DNA of 64,000 nucleotides from Clostridia bacterium. Its GTDB lineage: Bacteria; Bacillota; Clostridia; UMGS1883. The position numbers and the translations under genes were made by a program. The stretch's first letter is position 1, and each line of letters opens with the position of its first letter. Shown piece by piece: positions 17,692-25,731 of this stretch. The stretch spans positions 490 through 64,489 of the forward strand of contig JAZORN010000081.1 of NCBI GenBank assembly GCA_045656645.1, in the 5' to 3' direction. The notes below the pieces were generated by a model. It worked only from the letters and a program-made list of their open reading frames with translations, made no database searches and had not been told where the DNA came from.

Positions 17692-19048
17692 TAAAATTTA
17701 CCGTAATATGCGTTTTTTATGCGCACTGGTGCTTTCTCTTTCAACAATTCTGTTTCTTGCGGCAGTATTTACATTCTTTAATACCGAGATAAAAAGTCAG
17801 CTGCCGATGTTTTTTGCACTTGCCGTCTTTGCAATTTTAATGGGTATATTAATTTATATTATTTCATCACTTATTGCCGCACGTCTTGCTTTAGCCATTG
17901 TTAAGCCTATAAAGAACTTTTCATCATTAAACTCAAATATCCCTTATGAGGAAATTGAGCCACTTATAAAACAGATACAATCTCAAAATAAAGAGCTTGG
18001 CAGGCAGGCGGAAAAGGCAAAAACACAGAAAATGCAACTGCAGCTTATTACCGATAATATGAATGAGGGACTTATTGTTATAGATAAAGACGCAAATATT
18101 CTTTCTATTAACAGCTATGCGGCAAAAATATTCTCTCTTAAAGAGTATGAGGTTAAGCAAAAGCATTACAGCGTGCTAACCGAAAATTCAAAGTTTACTG
18201 ATGCCGTTTCAAGGGCTCTTGAAAACAACCGTACAAGCCTTCTTATAGAAATGAATGATGCCGATTACAGAGTTTTTTGCAGTCCCGTTATAAAAGACGG
18301 ACACTTAAACGGTGTTGTTATTCTTCTTTTTGATGTTACAACAATACTTCAATCAGAAAAATTACGACGTGAATTTTCAGCCAATGTATCGCACGAGCTT
18401 AAAACGCCTCTTACCTCTATTAACGGCTATGCACAACTGATTACAAATGGAATTGCATCAACTGATGACATTCCTTCCTTTGCCGCAAAAATAGCAAAGG
18501 AAAGTAACCGTCTGATGCTCCTTATCGAGGATATCATCCGTCTTTCAAAGCTTGATGAAAGCGATGAAAGTAATCTTAAAGAGAATTTCAGGATTAAAGA
18601 AACGGTCTGCGACGTTATTTCTTCACTTTCAGAGAAAGCTTCGATGCGTAATATTACACTGCAGTGCGAGGGGCCTGACTTTGTTATCTGTGCAAATAAA
18701 TCTCAGATAACAGAGCTTTTTTATAACATCTGCGACAATGCTATTAAATACAACAAGGATAACGGAGAAGTAACCTTCACCCTTGCAGATGCTGCTGTAC
18801 GTATTTCAGATACGGGAATAGGAATTCCGCCCCAGTACCTTTCCCGCATTTTCGAGCGCTTTTTCCGTGTGGATAAAAGCCACTCAAAAAAGGTTGACGG
18901 AACAGGACTTGGTCTTTCAATTGCAAAACATATTGCACGTCAGAATAACATCACTATTTCTGTTGAAAGCGAGGTCAACAAAGGGACAGCTTTCATCCTT
19001 ACCTTCAAGGACGTTTTTCGTCAAAATTCGAACGAAAATTTACTCTGA
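17678..19048 (+). CDS. Sensor histidine kinase (PhoR-like): 2 TM, PAS, HisKA, HATPase
   Basis: H-box SHELKTPLTSI, N-box DNAIKYN, and G-boxes DTGIGI and GTGLGLSIAK. Confidence 0.9.
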   Translation: MKMYNKIYRNMRFLCALVLSLSTILFLAAVFTFFNTEIKSQLPMFFALAVFAILMGILIYIISSLIAARLALAIVKPIKNFSSLNSNIPYEEIEPLIKQIQSQNKELGRQAEKAKTQKMQLQLITDNMNEGLIVIDKDANILSINSYAAKIFSLKEYEVKQKHYSVLTENSKFTDAVSRALENNRTSLLIEMNDADYRVFCSPVIKDGHLNGVVILLFDVTTILQSEKLRREFSANVSHELKTPLTSINGYAQLITNGIASTDDIPSFAAKIAKESNRLMLLIEDIIRLSKLDESDESNLKENFRIKETVCDVISSLSEKASMRNITLQCEGPDFVICANKSQITELFYNICDNAIKYNKDNGEVTFTLADAAVRISDTGIGIPPQYLSRIFERFFRVDKSHSKKVDGTGLGLSIAKHIARQNNITISVESEVNKGTAFILTFKDVFRQNSNENLL

Positions 19049-19107
19049 ATTGTATGTTTTCTATATTTTTAACAATTTTGAGCACAACATCTTTGTTAAT
19101 ATGCACA

Positions 19108-19136
19108 TTGCAAATATATTATTTTTATGGTATTAT
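19108..19136 (+). promoter_or_regulatory. Sigma-A promoter with extended -10
   Basis: TTGCAA (19108-19113), 17 nt, then TATTAT (19131-19136) preceded by TGG. Confidence 0.55.
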
Positions 19137-19160
19137 ATATACAAATTTACAGATGGTGGT

Positions 19161-19532
19161 ATGATAATGGAAACAATAGATATCGAACTTTTTTACAAAT
19201 GTGTAGAAACATACGGACTTCTTCCCGTACTTTCGCAGTTATTTTCAACATTAAAGGTTAGTATAGCTCTTACTGCACAGACCTGCTCTATGGCTATTAA
19301 GGATATGGATTTATCTGTACGTTCTTATAACGCTCTTATGGCTCACGGAGTAAAGGATCTGGGTAAGCTTGTTGACCTTCTCAACTCCGGAAATCTTCGT
19401 GATGTAAGAAACCTCGGTGTAAAGAGTGCAAAGGAAATTCAGCTTAAGGCACTTGAATACAGCTATGAGGCTCTTAACGAACACGACAAAAAGAGTTTTC
19501 TTGAAAATCTTCTTAAAATAAATTGCGATTAA
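19161..19532 (+). CDS. Stand-alone RNA polymerase alpha-subunit C-terminal-domain-like (HhH) protein
   Basis: DLSVRSYNALMAHGVKDLGKLVDLLNSGNLRDVRNLGVKSAKEI closely mirrors the alpha-CTD signature (LSVRSxNCL...NxGxKSLxEI). The track ORF N-terminus (18867-19160) overlaps the kinase gene and the promoter, so I rejected it. Confidence 0.75.
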   Translation: MIMETIDIELFYKCVETYGLLPVLSQLFSTLKVSIALTAQTCSMAIKDMDLSVRSYNALMAHGVKDLGKLVDLLNSGNLRDVRNLGVKSAKEIQLKALEYSYEALNEHDKKSFLENLLKINCD

Positions 19533-19561
19533 GTCATTGAAGACTAACTACATAAAACATT

Positions 19562-19600
19562 AAAGCACGCAAAACCAAAATGGTTTTGCGTGCTTTTGTT
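19562..19600. terminator. Bidirectional intrinsic terminator
   Basis: AAAGCACGCAAAACCA-loop-TGGTTTTGCGTGCTTT forms a 16-bp stem with a T-run on the plus side, between convergent genes. Confidence 0.75.
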
Positions 19601-19602
19601 AC

Positions 19603-20448
19603 TTATTTCTCTGCATTATACTTTCCCGGGGTTACTCCGACGTGCTTTTTAAATACTCTTATAAAATTTGCATAATCCTCAAACCCGCAAAGCATTGCAG
19701 TATCGGTCACATTTCTGCCCGATGAAAGGAGCTTTTTCGCCTCCGTTATTCTTCGGGAGGTTATATATTTTGCAACCGTTGTTCCGCAGTATTTATTAAA
19801 AAGCCTGCACAGCTGATTTACTGATATGTAGGAATTTTCAGCAATTTTCTGTAGTGAAAGCTCCTGGCTGAAATTAAGGTTAATATAATCCATTGCCTTT
19901 TTTATAGCTTCACTACCGCTCGACTTTTCTGCACCAATCTGTGATACAAATGCACTGTTAATTAAAATAAGAAACTGCGTTGCAGTAATTTTTTTAATTA
20001 TATCATCACCGTAGCTCTCCTCCGCCTCAAGCCTCTTTATATAACCTACAAGAGTTTCACGCTCCTCTTGTGAGAGCGTCAGCTTATGTGATATATCCCC
20101 TCCCCTTGTATAAAAGCAATGAGAAAGGTCAGTTTGTGCAGATGATTGCGAATACAAAAATTCAGGATGCACCTGCATAACATATCGACAGAATTTTTTA
20201 TCAGGGTCAAAGGTGATTTTATGCGCCTCAAACTGATTGATTATAAATAAATCACCGTCATTCACATCATATACCTTATCATTTATAAGAAAGTTTTTAC
20301 CGCCGCTTATACATAAAAGCACCTCACAGCAGTCGTGAATATGTATACTCAGGTCGGGATTTTGCTTTTCTGAATAATAGAACCCAAACCCTTTATTTTC
20401 GTTTGCACATTTAACCGCATCATAGCATTTATCAAATACACACTGCAT
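19603..20448 (-). CDS. AraC-family transcriptional regulator (N-terminal cupin plus C-terminal HTH)
   Basis: Cupin-type N-terminus and an AraC HTH region (SLQKIAENSYISVNQLCRLFNK ... FEDYANFIRVFKKHVGVTPGKY). Confidence 0.85.
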   Translation of the reverse strand: MQCVFDKCYDAVKCANENKGFGFYYSEKQNPDLSIHIHDCCEVLLCISGGKNFLINDKVYDVNDGDLFIINQFEAHKITFDPDKKFCRYVMQVHPEFLYSQSSAQTDLSHCFYTRGGDISHKLTLSQEERETLVGYIKRLEAEESYGDDIIKKITATQFLILINSAFVSQIGAEKSSGSEAIKKAMDYINLNFSQELSLQKIAENSYISVNQLCRLFNKYCGTTVAKYITSRRITEAKKLLSSGRNVTDTAMLCGFEDYANFIRVFKKHVGVTPGKYNAEK

Positions 20449-20467
20449 TTTTTCACAGCCCTTTTTA

Positions 20468-20692
20468 TTATTTAAACTGTTTCATTAACTCATCAAATTC
20501 AGAAGGCACCTCTGCGTGAACGTGCATTGTAAGAGGTTTTGATAAATCAAGCGAGAATATTCCCATTATGCTTTTCGCATCAACAACATATCTCCCCGAC
20601 TCCAAATCAATATCAAAGTCAAAACGGTTTGTTGTATTTACAAAATTCTTTACATCAACAATTGATCTTAAATAAATCTCATAAGTTTTCAT
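20468..20692 (-). CDS. HPr-like protein lacking the His15 site but keeping the Ser46 region (Crh-like)
   Basis: DAKSIMGIFSLDL matches the HPr Ser46 loop (NLKSIMGVMSLG). The segment aligned to GIHARPA is IVDVKNF, which has no His. SD AAGGGAGAGG. Confidence 0.65.
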   Translation of the reverse strand: MKTYEIYLRSIVDVKNFVNTTNRFDFDIDLESGRYVVDAKSIMGIFSLDLSKPLTMHVHAEVPSEFDELMKQFK

Positions 20693-20715
20693 AATATTCC
20701 TCTCCCTTTCATTCT

Positions 20716-20883
20716 TTAATCCTTAATTTCTATTGACTCAAGAGTTTTGCGGAAATTTTCACGTATACTCTTTAAATATTCTTCTCTGAGAGCCGCCTGC
20801 TCACTAAGCTCTTCCTCTGTAAGCCCCTGCTCTTTTTTCTTTTTAGCCAATTCGTTAATTCTGTCAATCTTTTTCTGGTCCAT
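20716..20883 (-). CDS. DUF896 (YnzC/UPF0291) family small protein, 55 aa
   Basis: Hand translation gives [55 protein letters not shown], with SD GAGGTGG upstream. It falls below the track's length cut-off and replaces the spurious track ORF 20772..20957. Confidence 0.75.
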   Translation of the reverse strand: MDQKKIDRINELAKKKKEQGLTEEELSEQAALREEYLKSIRENFRKTLESIEIKD

Positions 20884-20980
20884 ATCTGCCACCTCATAAA
20901 ATTCTCTATATGCAAATTATACATAAATAATCTGCTAAAGACAATATATGTAACCAAATCTTAATAATTAATTTCTTTTA

Positions 20981-21009
20981 TTGATTTTGCACAGGTAAAA
21001 TGCTATAAT
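20981..21009 (+). promoter_or_regulatory. Sigma-A promoter with extended -10 upstream of deoD
   Basis: TTGATT (20981-20986), 17 nt, then TGC-TATAAT (21004-21009). Confidence 0.55.
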
Positions 21010-21043
21010 AGTCATCGGAGAGTTAAATAAAAGGAGTGGTTTT

Positions 21044-21766
21044 ATGAAAAATTATCCTACACCTCATATAAATGCAACACCTGACGATTTTGCAAAAACG
21101 GTGCTTATGCCGGGCGACCCTCTGCGCAGTGAATTTATTGCGAAAAATATGCTTGAAGGGGCTAAGCTTATAAATAACGTACGCTCAATAAACGGATACA
21201 CAGGCACGTATAAAGGCAAACGTGTTACCGTTATGGCAAGCGGTATGGGTATGCCGTCAATCGGCATTTACAGTTATGAGCTTTATAATTTCTTTGACGT
21301 TGATAATATAATACGTGTTGGTACGGCAGGCGCCCTTGACGAAAACATCAATATCCGTGATATTGTCCTTGCAATAGGCGCATCAACAAACTCCACCTTT
21401 GCATCACAGTATAATCTTAGCGGCACATTCAGTGCAACGGCATCCTACACCCTTTTAAGGGATGCGCACGATATTGCAATAAATAAAGGTGCAGTTTGCC
21501 ATATCGGCAATGTCCTTTCATCAGATACTTTCTACAATGCAGATGCCACTGCTAACGAAAAATGGCGGCAGATGGGTATTAAATGCATCGAAATGGAGGC
21601 GGCGGCACTTTATATGAATGCTGCCCGTGCAAAAAAGAATGCACTTGCAATACTTACAATCTCCGATAACATTATCACGGGTGCACAAACTACTGCAGAG
21701 GAAAGGCAGTCATCATTTACAGATATGATGGAAATTGCCCTCGAAACAGCAATTAAACAATCGTAA
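21044..21766 (+). CDS. deoD: Purine nucleoside phosphorylase, DeoD type
   Basis: PTPHINATPDDFAKTVLMPGDPLR parallels the E. coli DeoD N-terminus. The EMEAAALY motif is present. Confidence 0.9.
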   Translation: MKNYPTPHINATPDDFAKTVLMPGDPLRSEFIAKNMLEGAKLINNVRSINGYTGTYKGKRVTVMASGMGMPSIGIYSYELYNFFDVDNIIRVGTAGALDENINIRDIVLAIGASTNSTFASQYNLSGTFSATASYTLLRDAHDIAINKGAVCHIGNVLSSDTFYNADATANEKWRQMGIKCIEMEAAALYMNAARAKKNALAILTISDNIITGAQTTAEERQSSFTDMMEIALETAIKQS

Positions 21767-21822
21767 ACAGCACCCGGGGCCTGCACTCATGTCGCACTCA
21801 GATACGCAAATTCCTATACGGC

Positions 21823-21853
21823 AAAAAAGACGTTCGCAGGAACGTCTTTTTTT
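21823..21853. terminator. Bidirectional intrinsic terminator
   Basis: AAAAAAGACGTTC-GCAG-GAACGTCTTTTTTT lies between convergent deoD and the CAT-like gene. Confidence 0.8.
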
Positions 21854-21871
21854 ACAGTATATGAAACTGCC

Positions 21872-22495
21872 TTACTTCATATTATTGATTTCAATTTGCA
21901 GATTTTCCAAAAACCTGCCTGCGTGTGCACCATCCATTTGTGTATGGTGAAACTGAAAAGAAATCGGGAGAGAATACTTAAACAAATTTTTACGGTATTT
22001 TCCCCAAATGATAAACGGATTATTAAAAATACCGCTGTTCATACCAACTGCACCGTCAATCTCCGTATCAATAATAGCCGAAGTTCCTATTACCATACTG
22101 TCAGATGATAAATCTCTATCCCGACAGTTTTTATAAACCTCTGCTGTATATTTAAGGTACTCCTGATTAAATTCATCTAAGCTTTCTGTGTAATAAATAT
22201 CGCAGGAGTTTACTTCTCCATCCTTATTTTTTACAATCGTATTAACGGCAATTGTATCATATTGCATTAACTTTTCACCAACAGGAAGTATGTAAAATTC
22301 CTTTACAGAAGATGCCGCCCTGCCAATACAATAGTCAAGTAACATATTGAATTTAAGATTTTTCTTCTTAGATACCTTAATAAGATTTGTCACATCTACT
22401 TTTTTAAAAAATGTAACCATTGGATTAGGTGCCCCCATCCACAATTCATAGGCATTAGCTCTCGTTGTTTCTTTCGGATTAATTTCTCTTACCAT
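21872..22495 (-). CDS. CatA-like (type A chloramphenicol acetyltransferase family) O-acetyltransferase
   Basis: LPISFQFHHTQMDGAHAGRFLENLQ aligns with the CAT active site LPLSVQVHHAVCDGFHVARF. The ATG at 22495 lies 5 nt after GGAGG; the track start is 22516. Confidence 0.75.
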   Translation of the reverse strand: MVREINPKETTRANAYELWMGAPNPMVTFFKKVDVTNLIKVSKKKNLKFNMLLDYCIGRAASSVKEFYILPVGEKLMQYDTIAVNTIVKNKDGEVNSCDIYYTESLDEFNQEYLKYTAEVYKNCRDRDLSSDSMVIGTSAIIDTEIDGAVGMNSGIFNNPFIIWGKYRKNLFKYSLPISFQFHHTQMDGAHAGRFLENLQIEINNMK

Positions 22496-22512
22496 TGTTT
22501 CCTCCATATTTA

Positions 22513-23205
22513 TCAACCTGACTTCGGTATTTTCAGCGTTCTTAAATACTCTTTGTGTTCTTTTGAAATTCTGAAGCTTTCAACTGCCTTTTGTATCGTT
22601 TTATTATGTGTCCACGTATCAAGCACTTTATTTTCTATATACGGCAGAGTTTCTTCATAGCGTTTAGCAAGAGCAGTTGCAAAATACCACGCCCGCATCA
22701 TATTGATGTAATATTCCTCCGACCTGATATTTTTAACAAGCACAAGGTAGCTTACATCAAAATTCTTATCAAGATAAAAGCTCATTAATAAATTGATTGC
22801 ATATCTTACCGCATAAACATCCTTTGATTTAATCCATCTTTTTATATGTTTTAAAAGCTTCTCAGGCTCTTTTTTTAAAGCTTTAGGCTTCATACTGTCA
22901 CAAGTTGCCCAATTATCTACATATGGCAAAAATTCATCAAGCTTTTCTATACACCTGTCAAAATCCCGCTCTCTTTCAATTAAAAAAGCGTGAAGATTGT
23001 TTTCCTCAAAATATTCATGCGGAAGCTCTGTTAAAAACTCCTCATAGTTTTCAATTCCTTTTGCATATTTTCTGAGGTTTGGGGTACGTATGCCTATTAC
23101 TTTACTTTTATCAATCGTCGGCATAAGTTTGGAACTGAATTCTCTGTATTCTTCTTCACCCATTGAAATCAGCGTTTTTTGTATATTTGAGTTTATAATA
23201 ATCAC
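22513..23205 (-). CDS. DNA alkylation repair (AlkD-like HEAT-repeat) protein
   Basis: About 230 aa and all-helical. IRTPNLRKYAK and NWATCD motifs are typical of this family. The start is GTG. Confidence 0.75.
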   Translation of the reverse strand: MIIINSNIQKTLISMGEEEYREFSSKLMPTIDKSKVIGIRTPNLRKYAKGIENYEEFLTELPHEYFEENNLHAFLIERERDFDRCIEKLDEFLPYVDNWATCDSMKPKALKKEPEKLLKHIKRWIKSKDVYAVRYAINLLMSFYLDKNFDVSYLVLVKNIRSEEYYINMMRAWYFATALAKRYEETLPYIENKVLDTWTHNKTIQKAVESFRISKEHKEYLRTLKIPKSG

Positions 23206-23321
23206 CTCATATAAAGACTGTATAATCTGGATGCCACTTATTCCATCAGAGTAGTTTGTATCAAGTTAGAGTTAAATAAATTTTCTTGGAATATAAAATC
23301 CCTGCAAATTTCCCCATTGCT

Positions 23322-23888
23322 TTATTTTTGTTTAAGTTCAATTCTTACGGTATCTTTGTACCCACTACCGCTTCCTACTGTAAATGTTACTATATTTTCA
23401 TCCCATTCTATAGAGTAATTATGGTGTTTTATAAATCTATATCCATCATCAGCTCCAAGTTGTGCAACTTTTTTTGCAAGTAGAACATTTGAAGGCTCAT
23501 AAATTTCGACTCCGCCACCTAAAAGAAACGCCCATTCATAAGCAATTATACAATATTTTTTGTCAGGAGAATAAAACTTGTAATACTTATTTTCTAAATC
23601 AGTAACAGCGTATAAAAAAGATGAACATATAAATACACCAACAGACATAAGTACACATACGATAGTTTTAAACAATCTTATTTGTTTATCTTTATACATT
23701 GTTACAACTAATGTAATAATAGCAGCAGACAAAATAGTAAAAGAAAAATACAATATACCTGACGCACCTGTTCTAAGAAAGATAACATAATACTCGGTAT
23801 ATGCATCTACTAATGCTAGTGCAATGATAAAAAACATAGACACAACACCAACAACAATGCTTAATATTTTAATTTTATTACTACTCAT
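23322..23888 (-). CDS. Membrane protein, function unknown (3 TM plus a C-terminal soluble domain)
   Basis: SD AAGGAGAAAAT precedes the ATG. There are three hydrophobic helices. The gene looks AT-rich by eye compared with its neighbours. Confidence 0.6.
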   Translation of the reverse strand: MSSNKIKILSIVVGVVSMFFIIALALVDAYTEYYVIFLRTGASGILYFSFTILSAAIITLVVTMYKDKQIRLFKTIVCVLMSVGVFICSSFLYAVTDLENKYYKFYSPDKKYCIIAYEWAFLLGGGVEIYEPSNVLLAKKVAQLGADDGYRFIKHHNYSIEWDENIVTFTVGSGSGYKDTVRIELKQK

Positions 23889-24013
23889 ATTTTCTCCTTA
23901 CAAAAGTTATCCACCTATCAACTTTTTTGATTTATATTTCGACAACATTCGACACTCTTACTAGGCTCGTGTCAAGTCAGGAACAAAAAATCAAATGGTT
24001 TTGATTTTTCTGC

Positions 24014-24451
24014 TTATTTTTTCATTTCCATATATGGCAAAACGGTAAATCCGCATTTTTCATACAGTTTAACAGCTCTCTTATTTTCTTCTTCTACTTC
24101 CAGTCGGAAAATGCAGTCAGTATATTTCTTTGTGATGAAATCCATCAGCATTTTACCAAGGCCTATCCCTCTGTATCCATCCTTAATATATATATCCTCA
24201 ATCCAGAAACACGGCTTTCCAAATTCAGTGGAAAAGCTTTTTGCAACCATTGCATAGCCTTGTATCTCTTTTGAATTTTCAATTACAAATCCTTCAAGAT
24301 AAGGATTGTCGTTAATGCAGTTTTCTATATCACTCAGAAAAATTTCCTCTGAACCATCAGTAAATACTGCGGGTGAAGTGTAAAATACCCGCATCATTTC
24401 AAGAACCGTGTCTTTATCTTTTTGTGTCATACTCCTTATTTTGCTGTTCAT
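24014..24451 (-). CDS. GNAT family N-acetyltransferase
   Basis: YRGIGLGKMLMDFI acetyl-CoA motif and a C-terminal YEKCGF. Confidence 0.8.
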   Translation of the reverse strand: MNSKIRSMTQKDKDTVLEMMRVFYTSPAVFTDGSEEIFLSDIENCINDNPYLEGFVIENSKEIQGYAMVAKSFSTEFGKPCFWIEDIYIKDGYRGIGLGKMLMDFITKKYTDCIFRLEVEEENKRAVKLYEKCGFTVLPYMEMKK

Positions 24452-24471
24452 AGTTCTTTCATCTCCAAAAA

Positions 24472-25698
24472 TTAACGTTTTTTAAAATATCTTTTCATAT
24501 AAAGTATACATAATACACCCATAACAGGGAAAAAACCTGCTGTAAGCAGTCCTGCCCTCATACTGACTTGTTCTGTACTTATATTAAACATATTTGAAAT
24601 TTTAAAAGCAATGCCCGTTAAACTGAATTTATCAGATATAATTCCAACTATCTGCGGGGCAAGCGAGGCTCCCAAATCACCGCCTGCCGCCATAAGTGCA
24701 TAAATCGCCACACCTACGTTTTCAAATTTTTCTTCTACATAAATCAACGTTCCGGGCCATAGCATAGATGTGAAAAGGCCTGTCAGGGCACATGCTATAA
24801 TTCCTACACCGCCGCTTAATGTTAAGCTTGCAATAAAATAACAAACACTTGCACCGAGCATTCCGAATAGTAAAATATTAATAATATTTTTACCATGTCT
24901 TGAATACAGAGTTCTTCCCGTTCCCAAAAGTGCTGCAAAGAAAGCTACACCTATGACATCTCCATAAATTTTAGGAACGCCAATAGCATTTTCAATAAAG
25001 CCTGATGCCCATTGAGACATCGTACATTCTGCCGCTCCGCCAAAGAAGATGCATAGCGTGCATAATATAATTCCTTTGCTGCATATTTTTGTTTCTTTTT
25101 GTTCTGAGCTGAAATTATCAATTTCAGGCACCTCAGCCTTTAAAAACATTAAAAATGCCGTAAGTGGCACAACAGACCAAATCAAGGTAAGATACATCCA
25201 GTTTTCACTGCCGAAAGCAGTTATAAACAATGTGCTTAATATTACCACCCCTACTACACCCCACGCATACATTGAGTGCAGTATGCTCATTTCACGCTCG
25301 GGATTTTTACTTGGAATAGCCGCAACCACAGGGCTTAGCAAAACCTCGCTTAAACCCGAGGCAACAGAAAATATCACGGTTCCCGTTAAAATCCATAAAA
25401 ATGCCATTTCGGGGAAAAGCTTCGGCAAAACTGCATATAATATCAAACCGACAAACACAATCAAAGGGGTAATTCTTACTGCTTTATGTATGTTAAAATA
25501 CTTATTTAAAAAGGTAAATATCAAATCAATAAGAAGCTGCGTAAAGAAATTAATTACCACAAGAAATCCAAGTAACGTAAACGACAGATTATACATATCT
25601 CTGAATGTTAAAAATAAAAGTGGCGATAAATTAGCCGCCACGGCCATCGTCACACCGGACAGATAACAGGCATTTTTTGTAATTTTATATTTTTCCAT
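24472..25698 (-). CDS. MFS transporter
   Basis: 408 aa with about 12 predicted TM helices in two six-helix halves. Confidence 0.8.
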   Translation of the reverse strand: MEKYKITKNACYLSGVTMAVAANLSPLLFLTFRDMYNLSFTLLGFLVVINFFTQLLIDLIFTFLNKYFNIHKAVRITPLIVFVGLILYAVLPKLFPEMAFLWILTGTVIFSVASGLSEVLLSPVVAAIPSKNPEREMSILHSMYAWGVVGVVILSTLFITAFGSENWMYLTLIWSVVPLTAFLMFLKAEVPEIDNFSSEQKETKICSKGIILCTLCIFFGGAAECTMSQWASGFIENAIGVPKIYGDVIGVAFFAALLGTGRTLYSRHGKNIINILLFGMLGASVCYFIASLTLSGGVGIIACALTGLFTSMLWPGTLIYVEEKFENVGVAIYALMAAGGDLGASLAPQIVGIISDKFSLTGIAFKISNMFNISTEQVSMRAGLLTAGFFPVMGVLCILYMKRYFKKR

Positions 25699-25731
25699 AC
25701 TAATTTCCTTTCGATATCCCGTTAAATAAAC

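Noticed and set aside
18867-19160. N-terminal extension of the alpha-CTD-like ORF. The same kind of extension occurs at 55610..55876 (uxaB), 41193..41309 (ftsH), 61495..61533 (CDF gene), 47067..47132 (gdpP) and 27501..27554 (AKR).
   Set aside because: The extensions overlap neighbouring genes, promoters or repeat arrays and lack SDs. Internal starts with strong SDs give N-termini that match family expectations.
20772-20957. A 61-aa track ORF with a TTG start upstream of the HPr-like gene.
   Set aside because: A different frame on the same strand encodes a textbook DUF896 protein (20716..20883) with a good SD. The 61-aa product is basic, low-complexity and matches nothing.
23938-23984. The shared upstream motif as an ECF-sigma promoter.
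   Set aside because: The spacing between the TTGACA-like and GTCGAA elements differs between the two loci (14 vs 11 nt, or 17 vs 14 depending on the register). It does not fit a fixed -35/-10 geometry.
25049-25666. A 205-aa ORF antisense to the MFS gene. Similar long antisense ORFs occur at 14365..14925, 31180..31722, 46657..47154 and 28105..28554.
   Set aside because: Each is nested in a well-supported gene on the other strand and has no SD or family motif. They are treated as shadow ORFs.
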